A stretch of 49,091 bases of DNA from an uncultured archaeon. GTDB taxonomy: Archaea > Asgardarchaeota > Lokiarchaeia > Sigyniarchaeales > SOKP01. The stretch covers positions 148,989 to 198,079 of the forward strand of contig CAZALK010000010.1 in the NCBI GenBank assembly GCA_964486045.1, given 5' to 3'. The first letter of the stretch is position 1, and each line of letters starts with the position of its first letter. This document shows positions 9,288 through 18,783 of the stretch, piece after piece. The notes below the pieces were generated by a model. The model saw only the letters and a program-made list of their open reading frames with translations. It did no database searches and had not been told where the DNA came from. The translations under genes were made by a program, and so were the position numbers.

Positions 9288-10490
9288 TCATATTGTATAG
9301 AATTCCACTATGTCATTATCAATCAGAACATAATCTAATCCAACTACCTTACGTTTCTGACGAGCTCCATCTCTTATAACTATTGCGTGATCGAACAATT
9401 CATAGAATCTTTTGTGAATTCTAATGGCAGCATCTTTAATGCTTGAATTTTCTTCCATTATTAACGGTTTATCTGCAATATCTCCTCCAGAGCTCATAGT
9501 AAAGATTCTTATTTTTCTTAAATATCTCAATAACAATTCCCCAAAATCTTGAGGAAATTTCCCTTTGACAACACTTATTCCAATAGCTAGAGGAAATTTA
9601 TCCTGATAATCGTTTTTTAACTTATTGAAAATATCTTCTGTGTAGGGAAGATCCCCTTTTGTACCTATAATTATTGCTTTTTTGTATACAACAGAGGGTG
9701 TTAATGTATCTACTATATCATCAAGAGAGATTTCACCATAGATTTTTACTATTGCATTTCGAACTCCGTTAGCTTTTACTACTTCTTTGATTTTTTCAAT
9801 GAATTCTCCATTATCATCAAATTCTTTAGCTTGGTCAGATAAATAAAAAACTTGAATTTTATTTGAACCGGTTTTTTGAATATTTAATGGTGGTAAAGGT
9901 CTATTTATCCGAATATCAGCATTCGATAATTCATTTAACAATAAATTCACCTGACTTTCAACACCTCTAGATAAATCAATACACAAGCAAATTAAATCGC
10001 ATGATCTAATTTGAGAAAGTATTTCTTTTCCGTTTCCCACCCCCCGTGACGCACCTTTCATAATGGAGGGCATTTCTACGATTTGAAATCGGATTTTATG
10101 ATATCTGTAAATTCCTATTTCGGGTAATGGTGTATACTTACCAATCTTATCTTTTGCTGCTCCCGTTAAATAGTTTAACACCGAAGTCTTACCTACTCCC
10201 GGTGTGAAATGGCAACTTATCAAAATAACTTGAATTCCCTCTTTCTTTATTGAAAAGGGAGAAACAACTTTATGAATCGTTTTTTGTTTCTGTCTTTTTT
10301 CTTCTACTTCTCGCTTTAACTTCGAAAGCCGAGATTTATTTAACGCAACTATTTTCTCCGTTGCTTTATGCTTAGGAACGAGAGAGATAAATTCTTCCAA
10401 ACAATTAATTTGCTCTTCCAAAGATCCAGCTTCTAAGTAACGACTATATGCGCCTCTAGCTTCAGCACCAATATTTGAACTCAAAATCAA
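9288..10490 (-). CDS. DRG/OBG-family GTPase with C-terminal TGS domain (degenerate G motifs)
   Basis: N-terminal VPKHKATE, PGVGKTS, GASRGVGNGKEILSQIRSCD, TKGD and TGS-like VVGLDYVLIDNDIVE. The start may be TTG at 10484. Confidence 0.88.
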   Translation of the reverse strand: MILSSNIGAEARGAYSRYLEAGSLEEQINCLEEFISLVPKHKATEKIVALNKSRLSKLKREVEEKRQKQKTIHKVVSPFSIKKEGIQVILISCHFTPGVGKTSVLNYLTGAAKDKIGKYTPLPEIGIYRYHKIRFQIVEMPSIMKGASRGVGNGKEILSQIRSCDLICLCIDLSRGVESQVNLLLNELSNADIRINRPLPPLNIQKTGSNKIQVFYLSDQAKEFDDNGEFIEKIKEVVKANGVRNAIVKIYGEISLDDIVDTLTPSVVYKKAIIIGTKGDLPYTEDIFNKLKNDYQDKFPLAIGISVVKGKFPQDFGELLLRYLRKIRIFTMSSGGDIADKPLIMEENSSIKDAAIRIHKRFYELFDHAIVIRDGARQKRKVVGLDYVLIDNDIVEFYTI

Positions 10491-10503
10491 TTCCTATTAA
10501 TTG

Positions 10504-10959
10504 TTAAAATATAGATCTAAATCGATCTTCTGTTTTTAATTTCAAGTCTCCTAAAATTTGATTAATCCTACTCTCAAACTTCTTAAAATATTTAGGTTTT
10601 TTTGAAAAAATATCATTGAGAGAAAAGCGATTAAGAAAATGAGAGAGAATTTCACCCAAATACTGCTTCACTATTGTTGTTTCCGTTCCTTTTTCTATAA
10701 TTGCAAATGATAATAGAGGTTGCTTATTTTCAAGCTCATTTCCGGGTAAACTTATCATTTCACAAGAACATGCAAGCTTGAATGAGGCAAGGGAGATGAT
10801 AGATATATCATCACCAAAAACTTCACTAGTGAAGCTCTCTAATGCCTGTAAAAATCCAGCACGCAAATTTGGATCTAACACATTATCCGAAGATGAATAA
10901 TACTTTATCTCAATCAAGCTTTTCATGCCAAAGTTAATACCAACTTCTAAAATTGCCAT
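10504..10959 (-). CDS. Longin-like domain protein
   Basis: 151 aa. DPNLRAGFLQALESFTSEVFGDDISIISL is the characteristic Asgard longin alpha1/beta3 pattern; ends in helices (FKKFESRINQIL). Confidence 0.75.
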   Translation of the reverse strand: MAILEVGINFGMKSLIEIKYYSSSDNVLDPNLRAGFLQALESFTSEVFGDDISIISLASFKLACSCEMISLPGNELENKQPLLSFAIIEKGTETTIVKQYLGEILSHFLNRFSLNDIFSKKPKYFKKFESRINQILGDLKLKTEDRFRSIF

Positions 10960-11320
10960 TTTGCAAAAGGAACTTAATTCTAATTTATGAGATATTTATA
11001 GTATAGTGTATTGCTTCATCGTAATAATTATTATTTTTATTACTCTCTTCTTTTAAAAATTTAATTCAATATAATCTTAACTGTTTTTTAAGGAAATGTG
11101 AGATTTTTATTGAACTTAACTTTTTATTCCACATAACTTCTGATAAATTATTTTGTTGGAATTTGGTTAATTAACATTAAATTTGAATTATAATTTATTT
11201 GTTTTTTGTATGCTGGAAATGTATTTTGGAGGAGAAAAATAACAGTTAAGGGACTATCGTCTCTAGGTACTGAAGTAAATTTACTGAATTTATTTAAAAC
11301 TTCCTCAAAATCAACAAAAT

Positions 11321-12424
11321 TTAGATCCTTCTTCTCCGCCATATGAAAACACCAATAACAGCTAATATACCGATTACTGCCATTAAGATTATTAATATCC
11401 AGTAATTAAATTCTACCATCCATATATCAATCGCTAAATTTCCTAAATATGGATCAAAAGTTGCTAAAATTTTAAAAGCAGAATATGATCCTATCACCGA
11501 CGAGGATAATTGATTGTATCCTTCCGTAATATCAGTAAATCCACCATCTTGGAAATACTGCCGAGATAAAACCCAAGGTGGAGTTTTATCAGCATTTAAA
11601 AAATTATTATCAATTAAATTTATCGACATAACACAATAATAAGTACTGCTGAGTAAAGAGGATTTAGATGTTAGATCAGGTAAGTATCCACCAATATTAT
11701 TTACATCTGATGGATTATTGATGTAAAAAGAGGTTAAGTAAGAAAGTGTTTTACTTTTATTAACTAAATCATCAACAGATGTTAATTGATCCAAGAGCGA
11801 GACAGCATAATATGTAGAAAGTAAAGTGGAAGTCTTATTTCCATAACCGCCATCTGTATTATTCTGTAACAATATCCAATTCCTGTGGAGGGTTAAATTC
11901 TGTAAGGTTTCAGAAGGGGCCAACATTGAATGAATTTGAATAACAAAATATGTTGAGCTTAAATTTGGTGACATTGAGATATTTAGATTTGAAAAACCAC
12001 CACCGATTTGTTCTGTGTCATTAAAATATTGAAAAATTCTATCTTGTAAACCTCCTTCAATTGCATAATCACTCTGAAGAATAAATAACGATTTAAACAG
12101 AAAATACAAATTATATAAGTCGACAGCATCGTTACTAAACATATAACTTATCTCATCCTCTAGATTAGTTTTAAGGTTAGTAATATCATGGGCGTTTGTC
12201 CCAAAACTAACTAAAATTTCTAAAGCATAAGCTGTTGCTTCAAAAGAAATATCTCCGAACGGATCTTCATCATACTCAAAACCCTGACCTTCAGTCTCGG
12301 TACTATAAATAAAATCTGTCAAGTATGCTTTTCTCGTTTTACCTAAAACATTAGGAATTATACTTAATGTGAAGAACAAAATTAGAAACACGACCAGTAT
12401 ATTGCGATAATTGCTTCTCAACAA
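11321..12424 (-). CDS. Membrane-anchored prenyltransferase/squalene-cyclase-repeat (alpha/alpha toroid) protein
   Basis: N-terminal signal peptide; repeats GGGFS..LSSTY, DGGYG..LLSTYYAV, IGGY..LSSTYYCV and QDGGF; C-terminal TM helix followed by WRRRRI. Confidence 0.8.
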   Translation of the reverse strand: MLRSNYRNILVVFLILFFTLSIIPNVLGKTRKAYLTDFIYSTETEGQGFEYDEDPFGDISFEATAYALEILVSFGTNAHDITNLKTNLEDEISYMFSNDAVDLYNLYFLFKSLFILQSDYAIEGGLQDRIFQYFNDTEQIGGGFSNLNISMSPNLSSTYFVIQIHSMLAPSETLQNLTLHRNWILLQNNTDGGYGNKTSTLLSTYYAVSLLDQLTSVDDLVNKSKTLSYLTSFYINNPSDVNNIGGYLPDLTSKSSLLSSTYYCVMSINLIDNNFLNADKTPPWVLSRQYFQDGGFTDITEGYNQLSSSVIGSYSAFKILATFDPYLGNLAIDIWMVEFNYWILIILMAVIGILAVIGVFIWRRRRI

Positions 12425-12535
12425 AATAAACCAAATTTTGATTATTACATTTTAATTATTTAATTTACCTTAAAATTAAAAATTAACGGTATCTAAAGAA
12501 CCAATTCAAGATAAAAATGATCTAAAATTAAAAAT

Positions 12536-14056
12536 TCAAAGAATTTCGCTTATATCTCTATATAAGAGATCACTATTAGATTGAAACTGCTCATGTGTAA
12601 TAAAGAGTTTTTGAAACGAAGGTAAACTCCCTAAAATAGCTGCACCGTTAAAAATTGCAAATTGAAAATTCTCAGGAATAAAAAATTTGATAACTTTGTT
12701 AGAACTTTCCATATATTCAACAAAATTTTTAGCTGGTGTTTTTTCTATTGAAATATCAGGTTTCTCAAAGGTTTCAACTGATCTTCCACAATAAGGGCAA
12801 AATAGGGAAGTAGCATCTTGTATTTCCTTATTACAATGGGGACATTTTTTTTTTTTCTTTTTTGAACTTTTAGTCTCACTTCGAGAAGAGAGATCGATCT
12901 TAATTTCAGGTAAGGATAATCTCCCCCCACAAGAAGGACAATGTTCAATACCAGTGGATAAATCTATCATCTCACCACAATGACTACAATTATCATGTAC
13001 CTTTTTAGAAATCTCTACAGCTTGAAGTTTAATCAACTCAGTTTTCACAGTAGATAATGTAGGTTTTGGCCTCGGGATCGAGCCTAACTGCGGTAAAACT
13101 GCAATTAACTCTGATTGAAGTCTTTGTTCAAAACCACTATATGATAAATTCCCACCTGAAAATACAATATGAGATAATAACTCATGCCAATATTTGTTAT
13201 CCAGAACTCTTAAACTAGCAATTATTGCTTCGGTAAGATTCATGACACTACTTACCCCTAACATACCTGGATTAAAAAGAACTTCTGGTGCTTGATAAAG
13301 AACATGATTAGCAACAGTGATATTTGAGCCATCCGGCATTGGAACAGCAAATTTCTCTCCGGTTTTTGGAGGATCATTAGGATCTATGACAAAATAGCAA
13401 TTTTTTTCCTTAATTTCTTGAATAATTTCATCAGCAGCACTCGATGTAATATTAACACCTTCTCTCATCAAGAGGTTTTTTAAATTATGATTTACATCAA
13501 TTCCTGCTAATGCAAGCTTTTGGACAGCATGATCTTGCATTACTCCGTTCACGATCGGAGCGATCCACGTTAAACCATCCCCAGATTCTATAACTAACCC
13601 CGTGGTTAAGCCTACACTAAACAATGATAGCAATGGTGTAGCCATCATTATTAAACTTGATACACCATGAGTTTCAAACAATAATCTGGCGATATATTCT
13701 TTAGTCTCTCGATGCATAAATGGGGATTCGCAATAAAAAACTGGATAATCCGAAACGGATTTTACTCGTAGTAGAGAATAAAATATATAATTCAGAATTT
13801 CGAAATAGCTGTCCCAGTCCATAATCGCGCCCCTTTCGATTGGGTGGTTGATCTTAAGAACACCACGCATCCTACTCACATCGTTGCCTACATACATGCT
13901 CCTAGCACTGATGTCAACCATAACGGATTTATATTTCTCAGTACCAGTAATGCATGGAAATACAAATCTAGGACCAGGCTCTCCTGCAAATCCGATCTTT
14001 ACATAGGCTGAGCCTATATCAATTATAATTGGTGTACCTGATAGAGGTATTGCCAT
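12536..14056 (-). CDS. Actin-related protein with a double zinc-ribbon insertion
   Basis: IIDIGSAYVKIGFAGE..PRFVFP, PIERG, LFETH, ESGDG, LAGIDV, IKEKNCY, PEVLFNP, IVFSGG and GAAILGSL are collinear with actin. An insert of roughly 125 aa carries CSHC, CPSC, CPHC and CPYC. Confidence 0.95.
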   Translation of the reverse strand: MAIPLSGTPIIIDIGSAYVKIGFAGEPGPRFVFPCITGTEKYKSVMVDISARSMYVGNDVSRMRGVLKINHPIERGAIMDWDSYFEILNYIFYSLLRVKSVSDYPVFYCESPFMHRETKEYIARLLFETHGVSSLIMMATPLLSLFSVGLTTGLVIESGDGLTWIAPIVNGVMQDHAVQKLALAGIDVNHNLKNLLMREGVNITSSAADEIIQEIKEKNCYFVIDPNDPPKTGEKFAVPMPDGSNITVANHVLYQAPEVLFNPGMLGVSSVMNLTEAIIASLRVLDNKYWHELLSHIVFSGGNLSYSGFEQRLQSELIAVLPQLGSIPRPKPTLSTVKTELIKLQAVEISKKVHDNCSHCGEMIDLSTGIEHCPSCGGRLSLPEIKIDLSSRSETKSSKKKKKKCPHCNKEIQDATSLFCPYCGRSVETFEKPDISIEKTPAKNFVEYMESSNKVIKFFIPENFQFAIFNGAAILGSLPSFQKLFITHEQFQSNSDLLYRDISEIL

Positions 14057-14153
14057 TTCAAATCAATTGGTTGTTTTTTTTTATTATGTTATTAACTTAC
14101 AAAATTTGTGATTTTTTTGTTTTTATATTTTTATTAAAAAAATTATAGATTAA

Positions 14154-14582
14154 TTAATTTTTCATAAATTCAAATAATTTTTTTAAGATTTGGGTTTGTA
14201 CAATTAAACCAATAAGTTGATAGCTATCATTAATAACAGGTAAACGTTGGATGTTTTTTTTAAACATTAATTTGAGGATATTTCTAATAATTTCATCCTT
14301 TTTAATAACGTATGGTTCAGAAGTCATTAAATCTTTAACTGTAGTATTAGGTGATTCTAAACTCATAGCAAACCTAGCTAAGCGTATATCTCTTTGGGTG
14401 ATGATACCAATTAGTTGTCGATTTTTCTGATCCTTAACGACAGGAAGTCCACCTATTTTTTTCTTAAGCATTAAAAGTTCGGTTTTACTAATTTTTTCAT
14501 ATGGAGTTATAAAAAGGGGATTTCTCACCATTATCTCTGAAGCTTTTATTTCACCTAATTGTTGTAAGCGATCTTCCCCCAT
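14154..14582 (-). CDS. CBS-domain pair protein
   Basis: IGGLPVV..LIGIITQRDI, VKDLMT and IQRLPVI..LIGLI. Confidence 0.9.
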   Translation of the reverse strand: MGEDRLQQLGEIKASEIMVRNPLFITPYEKISKTELLMLKKKIGGLPVVKDQKNRQLIGIITQRDIRLARFAMSLESPNTTVKDLMTSEPYVIKKDEIIRNILKLMFKKNIQRLPVINDSYQLIGLIVQTQILKKLFEFMKN

Positions 14583-14690
14583 TTTTAATCCCCGTAATAA
14601 TAATCTTTATCGAGGGCTTAACTAAACATTTCCTATTACATTTTACTTATATTATTGAAATTAATCATTGTTTGAATTAAAATTTATTTA

Positions 14691-15071
14691 TTAATTAGTT
14701 TTCACTGTTTCTTCAAGATTTTGTTCGATTCTTTTTAATTTTTTGGAGTAAACATTATATTTCTGTAAAAGATATCTTCCCCACTCATTTAGTTTAACCC
14801 ACCCTCCACCTCCAGGACCACCTTTACCAGTTATCACAACAGTCATTCCTGTTCTACCTTCAATTCTCTTCAGAATATTCCATGCATACTTGTAAGAATA
14901 GTTACACTCTTTAGCTGCTTGAGTCAAGGAACCTTCTTTATTTCTTTCTATATTGTTAAGCAAATTAGCCCAACCTTTTCCCAAGATACTTTTATCTTCG
15001 AATTCTAACCAAAATTTTACACCAAAACTGAGTTTAGATTTTAATTTCTCAATTTTGGGTTCTTCAACCAT
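14691..15071 (-). CDS. ModE-type winged-helix transcriptional regulator (DNA-binding domain only)
   Basis: GSLTQAAKECNYSYKYAWNILKRIE...GKGGPGGGG..LNEWG. Confidence 0.9.
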   Translation of the reverse strand: MVEEPKIEKLKSKLSFGVKFWLEFEDKSILGKGWANLLNNIERNKEGSLTQAAKECNYSYKYAWNILKRIEGRTGMTVVITGKGGPGGGGWVKLNEWGRYLLQKYNVYSKKLKRIEQNLEETVKTN

Positions 15072-15177
15072 AAGTATTATTTATTTTTTGGATATTAATA
15101 TTTATATCTAATTATATCATATGAAAGAAAAACATTAAATTTGAGATAATTTTATTTGGCTAAGTGGTTGGATCATA

Positions 15178-15927
15178 ATGTTTTTTTCAAAAGACGAATC
15201 AGAAAAAATAGGTAAAGAAATAATTAAGAATCTATTCTTTTTCTCCGAAAATATGATGCTTGATTGTAACCAGTATATTATTAGAGATAATAACACTGGA
15301 GAACTAAGTGTATTTGATGCAGGAAATGCAATTTCCCTCAATGGGTTATTTAAAGGAATGGAAAATTTAAACTTGGATTATAAAAGAATCAAGAAAGTGT
15401 TCTTAACTCATGAACACGTAGATCATGTAATTGGGATTTATAAACTAATCCAAATTTTAAAGGACGATCCTCCTGAGATTTTTGCATATGGGACAGCAGC
15501 TAGGATATTAGAGGAAGGTGATGAAACAAAGATTCTACCCGTTGTATTAGGTATCACTGCAAGGAGATTTGGTATTGAAGTATCACCCCTTAAAGTTCAT
15601 GATTTAAGTGAAGTTAAACAAATTAGGATCTCCTCAGAATTTAGTTTTCAGATCCACTATACTCCTGGTCATTCTCCAGGTTCAATATGCTTTTATGAAC
15701 CGGATAAAAAAGTTTTGATACCAGGTGATTTAATTTTTAAAGGTGGTAGTTTTGGACGATATGATTTTCCAGGTGGCTCATTGGAAAAACTAAAAAATTC
15801 CATTAAATTAATGACTAACTTAGATGTGAAATACTTATTGCCGGGGCATGGAGGGATAAGTGAGAATGGGAATAAGAATGTAGAACTTACTTATCGGATG
15901 ATAGAATCAATGGGGTCTTACTATTGA
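15178..15927 (+). CDS. Metallo-beta-lactamase-fold hydrolase (glyoxalase II-like)
   Basis: THEHVDH, TPGHSPGS, GDLIF, GRYDFPGG and LPGHG. Confidence 0.92.
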   Translation: MFFSKDESEKIGKEIIKNLFFFSENMMLDCNQYIIRDNNTGELSVFDAGNAISLNGLFKGMENLNLDYKRIKKVFLTHEHVDHVIGIYKLIQILKDDPPEIFAYGTAARILEEGDETKILPVVLGITARRFGIEVSPLKVHDLSEVKQIRISSEFSFQIHYTPGHSPGSICFYEPDKKVLIPGDLIFKGGSFGRYDFPGGSLEKLKNSIKLMTNLDVKYLLPGHGGISENGNKNVELTYRMIESMGSYY

Positions 15928-16155
15928 TTTGTAAAGAGTTTTTTTCCTATCAAGTGTTTATTGAGTTATAAAGTACGCTCTACAGAACATTTCTTCAATA
16001 TCAGTTTATTTGAGTGGAAGATCTAGAATTTGACTTTACTTTTTCTCTTTTTAAGGTAAAGCTAAACGATACTAATATTTAAATAACACATCTATCTATT
16101 ATTTCATATAATCCTCTTTAAATTATAAAAAATTAAGGGTTAGTGAAAATTTATT

Positions 16156-16827
16156 ATGTCTGAACAAATAAAACAACCTAAACACCCAAGTGAAATATAT
16201 ATAAGGAGCTACCCAAAAATCATTTTTTTCTGGCCTCTTTTAATCACTAGCTTTATTCTATGGATAATTCAAGTCATAGGCGGCAATCCGATCTCAATAT
16301 TAGGCACAGTTTGGTTTATTGTCTTTTTTATTAATATATTTGTAACCGCATTTGACTTTTCTTCAACCAAATTCTTTGTTTTAGTTTTAGCGATCGTAGT
16401 AGTACTTCTACTTGTAGTATTCTTAGTTCTTCCAAATTTCGCGATATCACTGAATTTCGGGACATTGAATCTAGGTCTATCAACACAGTTCTATCTGGCA
16501 ATGACTTTAATTCTGGTATTCATTTTAGGAATAGTAATTATAAGTACAAGATTCGATTATTACAAAATTGAAAGAAATGAAATTATCCATAAAATGGGTA
16601 TTTTTAGCTCAGCTGAAAGATTTCCAGTGAAAAGTTTACGATTCAAGAAGGAGATTCCTGATGTTTTTGAATTCTTCTTGCTAAGAGCTGGTTCGTTAAC
16701 GATTATGCCCGGAGGAAGAGATGAGGTAATGTTCTTGCCCACCGTCTTAAATATTAATAAAGTCGAAAAACATCTTGATTGGTTGCTCTCTCACGTCTCT
16801 GTCGAACCAGATGAAATCGATAAGTGA
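16156..16827 (+). CDS. Membrane protein, about 4 TM helices, with a possible C-terminal PH-like domain
   Basis: Four hydrophobic stretches, then YKIERNEIIHKMGIFSSAERFP...GSLTI, which resembles bacterial PH-type domains. Confidence 0.7.
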   Translation: MSEQIKQPKHPSEIYIRSYPKIIFFWPLLITSFILWIIQVIGGNPISILGTVWFIVFFINIFVTAFDFSSTKFFVLVLAIVVVLLLVVFLVLPNFAISLNFGTLNLGLSTQFYLAMTLILVFILGIVIISTRFDYYKIERNEIIHKMGIFSSAERFPVKSLRFKKEIPDVFEFFLLRAGSLTIMPGGRDEVMFLPTVLNINKVEKHLDWLLSHVSVEPDEIDK

Positions 16828-17103
16828 GCCAGACGAAATCAAGAATTCTTTTAAATTCTTTTTTTTTATCTTTTTTACTTCAAAACCCAAAGAAGGTATT
16901 ATTATTTTAAAGTAGTGTTTCTATGAGAAGCTGAAAATCATACTAAAATACTATAGTATTTTAAAAAAAAACAGAAAGATAAATTTCCTTTCTAATATCA
17001 AGATAAAGGAAGAACAATGGGAACAAAGATTAAAAACCAATCCCCCCTTTCTTCTTCCTCTTTCTAGTGTTAACATTAAGTGCATTAGGTGGTGAACTTA
17101 TCA

Positions 17104-17628
17104 TTACAACTCAGTTTTGAGGATCTGAATTATCACTTTCTTGTGCTTGGTCTCCAAATCATCAAAATATAGGTGTCTAAGAGGGAACTTACTAAATGGC
17201 CTTTTCTTAACCGTTATACAAAGTTCTAAACCGTCATCAAAATAAAATTCGTTAATATCCATCTCGAATTTTTTAGTAACCTTTTCAAGCTTTGTATTGA
17301 GTGCATCCACAACCGAAAAGCAAAATTGTTCTAATTTGGAATTGATGCTTTCTTTTAATGATTGATACTTTTTAATTATGGGCGTGTAAACGTTGCTTAC
17401 ATAACTAATAATGAATGTTCTTAACTTTTCAATCTTCGATTGGTATTGTTGAACAATTAATGGGTTAGCTTCGTTAATGATTTTTAGCGATAATTCCTTT
17501 CGTCTGTCGTTTAGCTTTCTAACGTCGGCTTCCATAACAATTTCAAGGTTAAAAATGAGATGGTTGTTTTCTTTCCATACTTTACCTAGTTCTTTGAAAT
17601 TATACTTTTTTTTTATGTTTCTAATCAA
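17104..17628 (-). CDS. Hypothetical coiled-coil-rich protein, possibly the 3' fragment of a frameshifted gene
   Basis: 174-aa ORF with a weak TTG start. An adjacent frame is open from 17852 to 17625 and stops exactly at this start. Confidence 0.5.
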   Translation of the reverse strand: MIRNIKKKYNFKELGKVWKENNHLIFNLEIVMEADVRKLNDRRKELSLKIINEANPLIVQQYQSKIEKLRTFIISYVSNVYTPIIKKYQSLKESINSKLEQFCFSVVDALNTKLEKVTKKFEMDINEFYFDDGLELCITVKKRPFSKFPLRHLYFDDLETKHKKVIIQILKTEL

Positions 17629-18018
17629 AAGGGGAAAAATTCTATGTATTCTTGGTATAAGTTCTGGTTGAATAAGTCGGGTTTTAGGATTATTTCGTCA
17701 ATTTCTTTTTGATTAATTTTGTTGGATCTTTTTCTGGTTTTATTGGGAGTATTTTTGATTCTGCTTTTTAGAGTGTGTAGATAATCGGTTAATTGCTGTT
17801 TTTCATTGTCGATGTCGTCAAGAGTACATGAACCTAATTGACAATAATCTATTTACGGGCCACATTCCCACACTGACTTAGTTACACCATGGCATATTAA
17901 TATAATGAGAATCGTCTTCGGACTCTAAAATCTTATTTTTTTTTTTAATATATGAAACTTCTTTTTGATTTAGTGAATGATTAAATTTAAGTGGTAAAAC
18001 GCACTTTTAAATACACAC

Positions 18019-18744
18019 ATGTCTCATCAACCAATAATACTGTTTGATTTTGATGGTATTATCATCACTCAAAAATCTTTAGAATACACAGCCTCCTTAT
18101 TTTTAAAAAAACGATTCTATAATTGGAAAAATATAGAAAATTTAAGATTAATTGATTTCGCAAGAATTTTTGAAGAAGCAGATTCAAAAAATAGAATAAA
18201 GGCACTGTTAAAAATAGTTAAACTCTACAAGAGATATATTCCAAGCGTATGGAAGAGATTACTATTCTTTATAAAATTTAGACGTACTTATCCCAAATAT
18301 GAGAAGTTTGAAACATTAAAACCTAATTTAAAAAAAGTTTTAATTAAACTTAAAGGAAGGAATTTCATTTTAGGAATAGTGTCTAATACTCGAGGGGAAA
18401 GAATGAAAAAATTTATTCAAAAATTCAATTTAGATAAATATTTTTCAGTGTTTATTTCTCGAGACGATACGCATTATAGAAAACCAAATCCTTATCCTAT
18501 ATATGCAGCTTTAAAGGTAATCAAGAAAGATTTTAAAATTTCAATTCAGAAAAAAGATGTTTTTTATATCGGCGACCTTCCTCATGATATTCAATGTGCT
18601 AAAAATGCAGAAATTAATAGCATTGCTTCACTATCTGGCCATGGTACTAAGAAAAGTTTAACTAATTCACGCCCGACCTTTTTAATTCAAGATATTAAGG
18701 AAATTTTAGAAATTGAACCATTCAAAAAATTCTTATTAGATTAA
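18019..18744 (+). CDS. HAD-superfamily hydrolase (phosphoglycolate phosphatase-like)
   Basis: LFDFDG, GIVSN, KPNP and YIGDLPHDIQCAKNA. Confidence 0.92.
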   Translation: MSHQPIILFDFDGIIITQKSLEYTASLFLKKRFYNWKNIENLRLIDFARIFEEADSKNRIKALLKIVKLYKRYIPSVWKRLLFFIKFRRTYPKYEKFETLKPNLKKVLIKLKGRNFILGIVSNTRGERMKKFIQKFNLDKYFSVFISRDDTHYRKPNPYPIYAALKVIKKDFKISIQKKDVFYIGDLPHDIQCAKNAEINSIASLSGHGTKKSLTNSRPTFLIQDIKEILEIEPFKKFLLD

Positions 18745-18783
18745 GGATTACTTTGCTTTATACTTGTATAGTCTTTAAAAAAA

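Noticed and set aside
11148-11342. 64-aa minus-strand ORF overlapping the end of the prenyltransferase-fold gene
   Set aside because: No recognisable motif, and it runs into AT-rich intergenic DNA. It cannot be supported, though it is not excluded.
14691-15071. Molybdate regulon
   Set aside because: Only the ModE HTH domain is present, with no TOBE domain and no mod/wtp transporter genes in the window.
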